Source: Methanobacteriota archaeon (GTDB taxonomy: Archaea > Thermoplasmatota > Thermoplasmata > SG8-5 > DAIRED01). From it: 64,000 bases of DNA. The notes under the pieces were generated by a model. It was not told where the DNA came from, did not search any database, and was given only the letters and a program-made list of their open reading frames with translations. Every line of letters begins with the position of its first letter. The first letter of the stretch is position 1. Shown one piece after another: positions 10,312 through 19,327 of the stretch. Both the position numbers and the translations under genes were made by a program. The stretch is taken from contig JAZDNO010000026.1 of assembly GCA_043799545.1 (NCBI GenBank), forward strand, positions 1 through 64,000, read 5' to 3'.

Positions 10312-11595
10312 ATGACCTTGGTTGTGAAGAACGGCCTCGTGCTGACCCAGAACCCCAAGCGGGAGATTTTCAAGGGCGACGTTCTAATCGAGAACGGGAA
10401 GATAGCAGCGCTCGGCCAGTCGCTCCGGGGCGACGAGGCGCTGGATGCCAAGGGCTGCGCGGTCATCCCCGGGCTCATTAACACGCACGGCCACGTCTCG
10501 ATGACGCTTATGCGGGCGGTGGCGGACGACCTGAACCTGGAGCAGTTCCTGGAGAAGACGTTCGCGGTCGACGCCAAGCGCACGAGGGAGGACGTCCGGG
10601 CGGGGGCGCTGGCGGGCTGCGCCGAGATGCTCCTCTCCGGCACGACGACATTCCTGGACATGTACTACCACGAGGACGCTGCTGCGGAATCGTGCGAGGG
10701 GACGGGCATCCGCGGATATCTCGGCTGGGCCGTGCTGGACGACGACAAGACTACCCAGAAGGGCTCCCCGCTCCGCAACTGCGAGAAGTTCATCAAAGCC
10801 CAGAAGGGGAAGAAGCGGGTCAAGCCGCTTGCCGCGCTGCAGGGAGTGTATGTCTGTTCGGAGGAGACGTTCGCTGGGGCGCGCGAGCTGGCGGAGCGCG
10901 AGGACGCGTTATTGCACATGCACCTGCAAGAGACAAGATACGAGGTGCACGCGCACGAGAAGGCCACCGGGAAGCGCCCAATCGATTGGCTGGACGGAAT
11001 AGGGTTCCTCAACCCGAGGCTGTCGGCGGCGCACTGCGTTTGGCTCACGATAAACGAGATAAAAACGCTTAAGAAGAACGGCGTTTCGGTGGCGCACTGC
11101 CCCGTTTCGAACGCTAAGCTGGCGAGCGGAGGGGTTGCTCCCGTCCCGGAGATGCAGGCCGAAGGCGTGGCCGTTGGCCTGGGGACAGACGGCTCGTCCT
11201 CCAACAACTGCCTCGACATGTTCCAGGAGATGAAGTTCTGCGCCCTGACGCACAAGGCGCACCGCTGGGACGCGACCGTGCTGCCTGCGCAGAAGGTTCT
11301 GGACATGGCGACGATAGAGGGGGCGAGGCTGCTTCACGCGGAGAAGGAGCTGGGCTCAATAGAAATCGGCAAGTCGGCTGATTTGGCGATAATCGATTTG
11401 TCGGGGCCGTGGGCGCTGCCGACGGACGAGCGGACGCTCGCTTCAAATCTTGTGTACTCTTGCACGGGGGACAAAGTGAGGGATGTGCTCGTCGCTGGAG
11501 AGCTAGTCGTTAGGGACCGGAAGCTCGCGAAGGCGGACCTCCAGGGAATAATGGCAGGGGCGGAAGAGGCGGCGGAGAGGCTGCGGGGCAAATGA
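10312..11595 (+). CDS. Amidohydrolase, MTA/SAH (or 5'-deoxyadenosine) deaminase family
   Basis: PGLINTHGH, HMHLQET, AAHCVWL, HCPVSNAKLASG, LGTDG, GSIEIGKSADL. Confidence 0.88.
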   Translation: MTLVVKNGLVLTQNPKREIFKGDVLIENGKIAALGQSLRGDEALDAKGCAVIPGLINTHGHVSMTLMRAVADDLNLEQFLEKTFAVDAKRTREDVRAGALAGCAEMLLSGTTTFLDMYYHEDAAAESCEGTGIRGYLGWAVLDDDKTTQKGSPLRNCEKFIKAQKGKKRVKPLAALQGVYVCSEETFAGARELAEREDALLHMHLQETRYEVHAHEKATGKRPIDWLDGIGFLNPRLSAAHCVWLTINEIKTLKKNGVSVAHCPVSNAKLASGGVAPVPEMQAEGVAVGLGTDGSSSNNCLDMFQEMKFCALTHKAHRWDATVLPAQKVLDMATIEGARLLHAEKELGSIEIGKSADLAIIDLSGPWALPTDERTLASNLVYSCTGDKVRDVLVAGELVVRDRKLAKADLQGIMAGAEEAAERLRGK

Positions 11596-11693
11596 GGGAA
11601 GCCTACGTGCTTCGGGGTTTCCTAGCCAGCGCCAGAATTAAAATTCGACAACGTTATATAGTCGTTCCCTGATATTGCCGCAGAGGTTGTCCA

Positions 11694-12128
11694 ATGGAAT
11701 TTGGAGCAGTAGCAAACCAGATAGAATTTCTCGGCGGCATACTCTGCCTGGCGTTCGTGGCCGTATGGTTCATCATATGGCTCCTGATTGCCATATGGGT
11801 ATACAAGGACGCGGAGGCCAGGGGAATGGGTGGGGTCTTGTGGCTCATACTCGTCATCCTCCTGGGCATCGTGGGAATAATCATATACCTAGTCGTCAGG
11901 AAACCGATACAGCCGCAGCAGCAATACGGAGCATACCCGCCGCAGCAGCAGCCGTACGGGGCCTACCCGCCGCCGCCACCGCCGCCAGCATACCAGCAGC
12001 CACCGCCGCCGCCGGCATACCAGCAGGCAGCCCCACCGCAGGGTGAGACGCGCGTCTGCATGGGATGCGGCCGCCAGGTGCCAGTGGCCTACAACGTGTG
12101 CCCGCACTGCGGAAAGCCAAGGCAGTAG
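11694..12128 (+). CDS. Membrane protein with PLDc_N-like hairpin, Pro/Gln-rich linker and C-terminal zinc ribbon
   Basis: WVYKDAEARGMGGVLWLILVILLGIVGIIIYLVVR; PPQQQPY repeats; CMGC...CPHCG. Confidence 0.8.
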   Translation: MEFGAVANQIEFLGGILCLAFVAVWFIIWLLIAIWVYKDAEARGMGGVLWLILVILLGIVGIIIYLVVRKPIQPQQQYGAYPPQQQPYGAYPPPPPPPAYQQPPPPPAYQQAAPPQGETRVCMGCGRQVPVAYNVCPHCGKPRQ

Positions 12129-12306
12129 GCGAGTGGTAGAACCGAGAAAACCCTTTCCAAAATTTTCTATTTTCAAAGATGAGACAACTTGCTGCAAATA
12201 TGATGTGCTGCGTCCATAATTGTAAAGAATAGTTTCTGGTTTTCGAGTTTGTTCAAAGGCCGAGATAATCTATTTGAAAGGATTTGAAGTCCATGCCTCG
12301 CAGCGC

Positions 12307-12864
12307 CTACTGCGTGCTGCCTATCGCCTTCTCCAGCTGGTCCGCCCTGTCGTGGTAGGCCTTGGCCTCGGCCTCGTTGAGCTTGCTCTTCTCCAGCAGC
12401 TCCTTCGACTTCGCGGTGTGCTCCACCGCCGCGTGGTCCAGCTTGGCCCCCTTGGATTGCTTCGCGGCTGCCTTCTGCTTCATCTTCGCTGACTTCTCGA
12501 TGAGCTTCGAGCGCTTGACCCTCATCTTCCCAACCTTCGCGGGGTCGGTTTGTTGGCTCGTCATGGCTTCCATCTCGGAGGCCTTGGTGTCAAAATCCTT
12601 GCTCTTTTGAATGTACTCGTCGGCCTGGCGCCTGACCTTGTGGCCCTTTTGCGTGAGCTTCATCGCTATGGATTCCTCTTTTCGGTATTTCCTGAAAAAC
12701 GCCGCGGCCTCGTTCGCGTGCTCCGCGGCCTTCTTCCTGAGGCTCGTCACGTCGAGCGTGGCGTTGACCGTGTGCTTGTGATCCCTGGTGCTCTGAATTT
12801 CACGCTCTATCTGCGCCTTGTCCGGATTCGCCGGCTGGCCTGAACTTCCGTACGTCCCATCCAT
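12307..12864 (-). CDS. Hypothetical Lys/Ala/Glu-rich coiled-coil protein
   Basis: 185-aa ORF with host-like codon usage and continuous amphipathic helical composition; no recognised motif. Confidence 0.7.
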   Translation of the reverse strand: MDGTYGSSGQPANPDKAQIEREIQSTRDHKHTVNATLDVTSLRKKAAEHANEAAAFFRKYRKEESIAMKLTQKGHKVRRQADEYIQKSKDFDTKASEMEAMTSQQTDPAKVGKMRVKRSKLIEKSAKMKQKAAAKQSKGAKLDHAAVEHTAKSKELLEKSKLNEAEAKAYHDRADQLEKAIGSTQ

Positions 12865-12972
12865 CGTATCCCTCTGTCACCGAAATCGACGTGCCGCATT
12901 TAAAGGTTTGCGGAAGGGGATGCAAGTTTTTTATACGCAGGGTAGATATCCGACAGGCCAGAGGTTTGCGGC

Positions 12973-13710
12973 ATGAACGTTTGGAAGTCCATAGAGTCCG
13001 CCCTGAAGAAGGGCAAGGTCCACATGACGCTGCTGGACCCAGACAAGCTCTCGCCCGAGACGATAGCGGAGATATGCGCCAGTGCGGCCGCCGCGGGCAC
13101 CGACGCAATCATGCTGGGCGGATCCACGGGGATAACCGTCGAGAATCTGGACAAGTCCATTTCTGCGATTAAGGAACGCACGAGGCTTCCGGTAATACTA
13201 TTTCCGATGGGAGCCAGGTCGCTGAGCGGGAGGGCGGACGCGATATACTTCATGAGCCTGATGAACTCGCGCAACCTGAGGTTCGTCATAGGCGAGCAGG
13301 TCATGGGGGCGCCGGTCGTGAAGGCGCTTGGCCTGGAGCCGATATCCATGGGATACATCATAATCGAGCCAGGAATGAAGGTCGGCGAGGTCGGGGAGGC
13401 GGACGCCGTGCCGAGGAGCGAGCCGAAGACTGCCGTGGCCTACGCACTTGCGGCGCAATACCTGGGCAAGAGCCTCGTCTACCTCGAGGCTGGCTCCGGA
13501 GCGCACAGCCCGGTGCCTGACGAGATGGTCTCCGCCGTCAAAAGGGCGGTCGCGATACCGCTGGTCGTCGGCGGGGGAGTGCGCACCGCGCAGCAGGCCA
13601 GGGCTCTAGCAGCCGCGGGCGCGGACGTGCTCGTAACGGGAACTCTCGCGGAAGAATCGACCGAAGGCGCGGACCTCGCTGGAGTCATCAAGGCGTTCAA
13701 GGGGAAGTGA
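12973..13710 (+). CDS. Geranylgeranylglyceryl phosphate synthase (archaeal ether lipid synthesis)
   Basis: HMTLLDPDK, TDAIMLGGSTG, PVILFP, VYLEAGSG, LVVGGGVR, ADVLVTG. Confidence 0.95.
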   Translation: MNVWKSIESALKKGKVHMTLLDPDKLSPETIAEICASAAAAGTDAIMLGGSTGITVENLDKSISAIKERTRLPVILFPMGARSLSGRADAIYFMSLMNSRNLRFVIGEQVMGAPVVKALGLEPISMGYIIIEPGMKVGEVGEADAVPRSEPKTAVAYALAAQYLGKSLVYLEAGSGAHSPVPDEMVSAVKRAVAIPLVVGGGVRTAQQARALAAAGADVLVTGTLAEESTEGADLAGVIKAFKGK

Positions 13711-13723
13711 GGGCTAAGCCGGT

Positions 13724-14317
13724 TCAAATCATCTCCAGGAACGCCTGGTGGATGCGCGCGTCCCCGGAAAGCTCCGGATGGAACGCCAGGGCGAGCACGT
13801 CTCCTTGCCTGGCGGCGACAATCTTCTTCTCGAAACGCGCCAGCGGCCTGCATGCTTTTCCTACGGACGTGATTGAGGGAGCCCTGATGAACACCGCGGG
13901 GAACGGACCGCCGTCCAGCCCGTCCACGCGGACCAAGGCCTCGAACGACTCGCGCTACCGCCCGAAGGCGTTGCGCGAGACGCACATGTCCATGAGTTCC
14001 AGCAGCCTAGTGCCCGTGCCCCCTACCTGTGCGTCCCCCTCCCTGGCCAGGAGTATGCATCCGGCGCAGGTGCCCATCACCGGCATCCCCTGCCAGGCCC
14101 GAGCCCGGATCGGCTCGTAAAGTCCGAACTTCTCCAGCAGCTTGGAGATTGTGGTGCTCTCGCCGCCGGGTATGGCCAGCGCGTCCACCCTCTCGAGCTC
14201 CGCGGGCTTGCGGACCACGACGGCTGAGCCACCGAGGCCCAATTCCCCGAACGCCTGTTCGAATGCTGCGATATGCTCGGAGACAGCCCCCTGCACCCCT
14301 ATCACGCCAACTTTCAT
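13724..14317 (-). pseudogene. pdxT: Pyridoxal 5'-phosphate synthase glutaminase subunit, interrupted by an in-frame TAG at 13955-13957
   Basis: KVGVIGVQGAV, IPGGESTT, GTCAGCIL, RNAFGR-[TAG]-RESFEA, FIRAP, LAFHPEL. Both halves are in the same frame, 197 codons in total; TAG sits where the family has Gln (RNAFGRQ). Confidence 0.9.
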
Positions 14318-14357
14318 CAAACCGGAAAATGGCTCTGGCGTTATAATAATTTACACT

Positions 14358-14681
14358 CTAACCGTAGCGGTCTATCCTGTCTATCCCGTTCTTCGCTATC
14401 ATGTCGTTGGGGTTGTCCTTCAGGACGGTCTCGTAGCAGGCTCGCGCCTCGCCGATTACGCTGTCGTCTTTGACCCTGCGCCCGACGCGGTAAAGAGAGT
14501 CTCCCTTGAATTGGAGCACGACGTTCCTGATGAGCGGCTCCTCGGCAATCTCCAGGGCCCTGTCGCAGAACTGGACCGCGCGGCCGAACTTCCCCTGGGA
14601 CCTGAGCTGGCCTATGCGCTTGATGTAGCCCTCGACTTCCTTGTTCAACTTGCGCTGCGGAGCCTTCTGTGCCTGTGCCAT
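14358..14681 (-). CDS. Small TPR protein (107 aa)
   Basis: GKFGRAVQFCDRALEI and EARACYETVLKDNPNDMIAKNG are TPR helices. ATG at 14681 is preferred because it avoids overlap with AMP phosphorylase. Confidence 0.7.
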   Translation of the reverse strand: MAQAQKAPQRKLNKEVEGYIKRIGQLRSQGKFGRAVQFCDRALEIAEEPLIRNVVLQFKGDSLYRVGRRVKDDSVIGEARACYETVLKDNPNDMIAKNGIDRIDRYG

Positions 14682-14736
14682 TGTAACCCCCGGGAGGTAT
14701 AGCCCCGCCTCGACGTATAAACCTTTCTCAAAGCAC

Positions 14737-16281
14737 CTATTCGGAGTTGAGAATCTCCACGACGCGCGAGTTCCCCGGGATGTGCTCCAGGACAATGCCC
14801 TCGACCGTCATCGGGTCGAACCTCCTGGCGACGGCCTTGGCCATGTCGAGCTTGCGCTGGTTGTCCGAGAAGACCGTGAACAGCACCTCGCCATGCTCCA
14901 CCTTGTGGCCGCGCTTCTTTTCGAGTATCATGCCAGCTCCCTTGTCCTTCGGGGCGCCGGCGGCGCGGACGATCTTCGTCACGTACTTGTTGTTGATTGC
15001 GGTGACGTAGCCGTCTTTCCTGGAGACAATATCCAGCTTGAACTTGCCCATGGACACATCCTCGCTCTTCACGTCCGGGTTGCCGCCCTGGGCCGCGATT
15101 ATCTCCCTCAGCTTCGCCAGCGACGTTCCGGAAGCCACGCTCTCCTTGGCCATCTGCTTCCCGTTTCCATGCGCGGCTCCGCCCATCTCCAGTATCAGGC
15201 CGGCCATGGCGCAGGCCTTCTCCAGAACGCTGGTGCTGTTGCGGTCCGCCTTGCCCTCCAGCACCATCAGGGCCTCCTTCGCCTCCGCCGCCGGGCCGAT
15301 GTGGGTGCCAATCGGCTGGCCGCCGTAGGTTATCGCACACTCGACCTTCATGCCGAGGCGCCGGCCTACCTCTATGAAGTCGTGGGCGTAGCTCCTGGCG
15401 AGCTTCATGTCTGGGACCTTGGTGTTCGGCCCAGTTGGTATGTCCAGCAGGAAGTAGTCCGCCCCGACGGCCTTCTTCTTCGCCATCACCGAGGCGATGA
15501 CCTGCGAGTACGGGTCTATGGAGAGCGGGTACTCGACCCGGATTATGATGTCGTCAGCGGGAGCCATGTTGACGCTGCCTCCCCAGACTATGACGCCGCC
15601 GATGGTTTCCGTTATGCTCTTTATCTTCTCCTTCGGCTGGTTCACGTTGCAGAGGACCTCGAAGATGTCCGCCGTGCCGCCGGCGCTGCTGATGGCCCTG
15701 CTGCACGTCTTCGGGATGTGGAGGCCAGCAGCGGCGACAATCGGAACGACCAGCATCGTTATTTTGTTGCCTGGCGCGCCGCCTATGCTGTGGAAGTCGA
15801 ATATCGGGCGCTTGTCGAACTCGATGGTGTCGCCGGTCTCGACCATCGCCTTCGTCAGCTCCGTTATCTCGTCGAGATTCATTGGCTTGACCTGGTTCGC
15901 CACGACGTATGCTGTCAGCTCGATGTCGGAGAGGTTGTGGTTGACCATGTCCTTGACGAGCGTGCGTATCTCTGCAGGAGTCAGCGTCTGACCTTCAAGT
16001 TTTTTCTTGATGATGTCCACCGATTCCGGCCTATCTGCCGGGAGTATGTCCACCTCCTTCTCGCCGTTCGGGCAGACGGCGTCGTAGGTCGCGCAGAGAA
16101 GTCCAGCCTCCCCTTCGGCTATCATCTCCTTGCTTGTCTCGACAATTGCCGTTACGGTCCTCTCCTTCGTGAATACCCTCACGCGGTCCAGCGACCGGAC
16201 CCCGAGGTCCTTGGCGTCCCTCTCGTTCAGTATGACCGTGTGCTCCCCTGCGTCTATGTTAATCTCCTTGACTTTGTACAT
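14737..16281 (-). CDS. deoA: AMP phosphorylase (archaeal thymidine phosphorylase family)
   Basis: N-terminal VILNERDAKDLGVRSLDRVRV extension; DFHSIGGAPGNK, KTCSRAISSAGGTAD, DIPTGPNTKV, QPIGTHIGPAAEA, AGAPKDKGAG. Confidence 0.95.
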   Translation of the reverse strand: MYKVKEINIDAGEHTVILNERDAKDLGVRSLDRVRVFTKERTVTAIVETSKEMIAEGEAGLLCATYDAVCPNGEKEVDILPADRPESVDIIKKKLEGQTLTPAEIRTLVKDMVNHNLSDIELTAYVVANQVKPMNLDEITELTKAMVETGDTIEFDKRPIFDFHSIGGAPGNKITMLVVPIVAAAGLHIPKTCSRAISSAGGTADIFEVLCNVNQPKEKIKSITETIGGVIVWGGSVNMAPADDIIIRVEYPLSIDPYSQVIASVMAKKKAVGADYFLLDIPTGPNTKVPDMKLARSYAHDFIEVGRRLGMKVECAITYGGQPIGTHIGPAAEAKEALMVLEGKADRNSTSVLEKACAMAGLILEMGGAAHGNGKQMAKESVASGTSLAKLREIIAAQGGNPDVKSEDVSMGKFKLDIVSRKDGYVTAINNKYVTKIVRAAGAPKDKGAGMILEKKRGHKVEHGEVLFTVFSDNQRKLDMAKAVARRFDPMTVEGIVLEHIPGNSRVVEILNSE

Positions 16282-16306
16282 CCAAATCACGTCTCCCTTT
16301 CCAAAC

Positions 16307-17221
16307 TCACAGCCCCTCCAGGTGTTTTCTCGCGAAATCCAAAGCACCCGCAGGTGCCACCTCTCCATGCTCCGTGGCGTAGGAGTTTATCAGCCCCGGA
16401 ACGGTCCTGTCGAAGACCGGATTCCAGACCTTCACGTCCGGCAGCTCAGCCCCGTCCAGCACCTCATCCGCGCTCCGCAGCTCAATCTCTCGCCTTTTCC
16501 CGGCTTGGCTCGGCGGCGCGAACTTGTAGCTCTCCGCGCAGCAGACGAACGGCACCGAATTCCGGGCGGCGGCGCACGCCAGCTGCGACGTGCCCACCTT
16601 GTTCAGCAGGCTGCCGTCCCACTCGACAGTGTCGGCGCCTACGAGCACGATGTCGATGTCCGGCATCAGAAGCCCAGCCGAGGAATCTACTACGAGGGTC
16701 ACGGGAACGCCGGCGGCTGCCAGCTCCCGCGCCGTTATCCTCCCCTGTCGCCACGGCCTCGTCTCGGTGCAGAAGGCCTCGACTCCGCCGTTTTGATGCG
16801 CCCGGATTATCGCCGCCACGGCGGCCGAGCTGTTGCAATGCGTCAGCACCCTCGCGCCCTTGGGAACCTTCGCCGCCGCGACCACCGCCAGGCGCTTGAC
16901 CGCCGTCTCGGAGGCGCGCGCGAAATCGGACGCGGCGCGGGTGACGGATTCTCTGGCTTCGTCGACGGTTCCAGCCTTCGCCGCCGAGCGGACTACCAGC
17001 CCGACTGCGTTGGACAGCGAAACAGCGGTGGGCCTGGTGGCCACGAGCTCGGCGGCCGAGAGCTCCAGCTTGGATTTGAAATCCGAGAGTTCCGCCCCCT
17101 TGAAACCGCTTGCCATCTCGCCGAGCGCCAGCGCCGCCGACCGGGCGATTCGCCCGGCGCCGCGTATCCTCATATCGGCTATGCGTTCAGCGGTCTCCTT
17201 GACGCAGAGTGCATTTTCCAT
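16307..17221 (-). CDS. Ribose-1,5-bisphosphate isomerase (eIF-2B-like family)
   Basis: MRIRGAGRIA, TRPTAVSL, LTHCNS (catalytic Cys), ETRPWRQG, VGAD (catalytic Asp), NKVGT, FDRT; directly upstream of AMP phosphorylase on the same strand. Confidence 0.88.
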   Translation of the reverse strand: MENALCVKETAERIADMRIRGAGRIARSAALALGEMASGFKGAELSDFKSKLELSAAELVATRPTAVSLSNAVGLVVRSAAKAGTVDEARESVTRAASDFARASETAVKRLAVVAAAKVPKGARVLTHCNSSAAVAAIIRAHQNGGVEAFCTETRPWRQGRITARELAAAGVPVTLVVDSSAGLLMPDIDIVLVGADTVEWDGSLLNKVGTSQLACAAARNSVPFVCCAESYKFAPPSQAGKRREIELRSADEVLDGAELPDVKVWNPVFDRTVPGLINSYATEHGEVAPAGALDFARKHLEGL

Positions 17222-17299
17222 CCGTTGTGGGATGCCCGTGGGCCGTTATATGCCTTTCCTTTAGAAAGTTAATTAAGGTATAATCCGATTGTAAACCCG

Positions 17300-18223
17300 A
17301 TGAGGATACTCGCAAACGTCTTGGAGACAGTGGGCGGGACTCCGCTCGTAAGGCTCAACAGGGTCGCCATCGGCTGCCTGGCGACCGTATGCGCCAAGCT
17401 GGAATCGCGAAACCCGGGTGGGAGCGTCAAGGACCGCCCGGCGAGGGAGATGATTCTCGAGGCTGAAAAGGCCGGGTTGCTGGTCCATGGCTCGGTCGTG
17501 GTCGAGCCGACCTCGGGGAACACGGGCATAGCGCTTGCGATGGCATGCGCGGTCAAAGGATACAGGCTCGTGCTCACAATGCCTGAGACGATGAGCGCGG
17601 AGAGGCGCGCTTTGCTAGCCGCGATGGGGGCGGAGCTGGTCCTCACTCCCGGAGCGGAGGGGATGGCCGGAGCGATAAGGAAGGCGGAGGAGCTTCTGGC
17701 AAGCTGTGAAAAAGGTTTCATGCCCCAGCAGTTCAAGAACCCCGCGAACCCGCAGGCCCACGCCCGCACCACCGCAGAGGAGATATGGAGCGATACGGAC
17801 GGCGCGGTGGACGCCATCGTCGCCGGTGTCGGAACCGGCGGGACCATAACCGGCATCGGTGGGACGCTGAAGCCCAGGAAACCTTCTTTGAGGCTCGTCG
17901 CGGTGGAGCCGGCCGAGTCGCCGGTGCTATCGGGCGGCAATAAAGGTGCCCACGGCATCCAGGGAATCGGAGCTGGCTTCGTGCCCGAGACATTGAGGAA
18001 CGAATTAATAGACGAGATAATTCAGGTGCGCACGGAAGACGCAAAAGCCATGACTAGGAGGCTCGCGCTTGAGGAGGGGATCCTCGCAGGGATATCGTCC
18101 GGCGCCGCAGCGCTCGCGGCAATCGAAACGGCGAAGCGCGATGGGATGGCCGGCAAGCTAGTCGTGGTCATCTTCCCGGACACTGGCGAGAGGTACATGA
18201 GCACGGGAGTTTTCGAGCGCTGA
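17300..18223 (+). CDS. cysK: Cysteine synthase A (O-acetylserine sulfhydrylase)
   Basis: [14 protein letters not shown] (PLP Lys), [41 protein letters not shown]. Confidence 0.96.
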   Translation: MRILANVLETVGGTPLVRLNRVAIGCLATVCAKLESRNPGGSVKDRPAREMILEAEKAGLLVHGSVVVEPTSGNTGIALAMACAVKGYRLVLTMPETMSAERRALLAAMGAELVLTPGAEGMAGAIRKAEELLASCEKGFMPQQFKNPANPQAHARTTAEEIWSDTDGAVDAIVAGVGTGGTITGIGGTLKPRKPSLRLVAVEPAESPVLSGGNKGAHGIQGIGAGFVPETLRNELIDEIIQVRTEDAKAMTRRLALEEGILAGISSGAAALAAIETAKRDGMAGKLVVVIFPDTGERYMSTGVFER

Positions 18224-18261
18224 CCCAGAGATTCGGATTCGCAGAATATATACTGACTCGG

Positions 18262-19239
18262 CTAGTCCTTTTCGGCATCCTTGCGCGAGGTGATTTTTAG
18301 CTGCCTGTATTCTGTCACAATCTTGCTGAACGGGGGCACGGATTCCACGAGCCAGACGTTGCCGCCTATGACCGAGTCGTGCCCTATGACCGTGTCGCCG
18401 CCGAGAATCGTGGCGCTCGCGTATATCGTGACGTTGTCCTCCACGGTCGGGTGGCGTTTGACGCCTCGGGCCAGCTCCCCCTTCGCGTCCCTGGCGAAGT
18501 GCAGCGCGCCCAGAGTGACGCCCTGGTACAGCACGACGTTCCTGCCGATGTCCGTGGTTTCGCCGACAACGACACCAGTCCCGTGGTCAATGAAAAAGTT
18601 CTCTCCGATTTTGGCTCCCGGGTGTATGTCTATCCCCGTCTCGCCGTGGCCGTGCTCTGTCATTATCCTGGGGATTATCGGCACGCCCATCGTGAAGAGC
18701 TCGTGCGCGACCCTGTAATAAGTGATGGCCCTCACGGCCGGATAGCTGATGACGACCTCGTCGTGGCTCTTCGCTGCCGGGTCGTTCTTGTAGGCTGCTC
18801 GCACGTCTCCCGACAGCATCTTCCTGATTCGTGGGAGTCTCCTCATGAACTCGAGCGCCTGGCTCTGCCCCGCCTCGTCGCAATCCGAGCACGCGCCCCT
18901 GGCGGACCTGCAGGAGTATGCGAGCGCCTTGGTTATCTGGTACCCCAGCTTTTCATAGACCAGGTGCATCTCGTTTCCCAGATGGAACTGAAGGTAGGAG
19001 CCGTCCAACTCCTGCTTGCCGAAGAAACCGGGAAACAGTATTCCTTCGAGGTCGCGGAGAATCTCGACCACCTCGCTCCGGGACGGTATCAGGGAGGCGT
19101 CCGAGTGGTGCAGGATCTCGTCGCTTTTACAAGTCTCCACCATCTCCCCGATGGCCTTGCCCAGCTCCTCCCGGCTGGCCTTGTCCACGCGGAAGACCCT
19201 TGGGCAGCCCCCGAAGTCCCCGCCCTCACCTTTGGTCAT
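18262..19239 (-). CDS. cysE: Serine O-acetyltransferase (long EpsC/CysE type)
   Basis: [60 protein letters not shown] hexapeptide repeats. Confidence 0.93.
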   Translation of the reverse strand: MTKGEGGDFGGCPRVFRVDKASREELGKAIGEMVETCKSDEILHHSDASLIPSRSEVVEILRDLEGILFPGFFGKQELDGSYLQFHLGNEMHLVYEKLGYQITKALAYSCRSARGACSDCDEAGQSQALEFMRRLPRIRKMLSGDVRAAYKNDPAAKSHDEVVISYPAVRAITYYRVAHELFTMGVPIIPRIMTEHGHGETGIDIHPGAKIGENFFIDHGTGVVVGETTDIGRNVVLYQGVTLGALHFARDAKGELARGVKRHPTVEDNVTIYASATILGGDTVIGHDSVIGGNVWLVESVPPFSKIVTEYRQLKITSRKDAEKD

Positions 19240-19327
19240 GCCCCACCCGAAGTTGGGGACCGTATAAATAAAAATCGCATACCGGCCAATCAATAACTAT
19301 TTAATTTTCATCCCCTTCACCCGGGCC

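Noticed and set aside
11920-12040. Short tandem repeats (CCGCAGCAGCA, CCGCCGCCG)
   Set aside because: They encode the Pro/Gln-rich linker of a membrane protein; not CRISPR or a mobile repeat.
13715-13735. tRNA T-loop-like GGTTCAAATC
   Set aside because: Overlaps the pdxT stop; no acceptor, D or anticodon arms can be folded.
14641-16899. 752-aa plus-strand ORF
   Set aside because: Antisense to AMP phosphorylase and R15P isomerase, with no motifs; long shadow ORFs are expected at this GC content.
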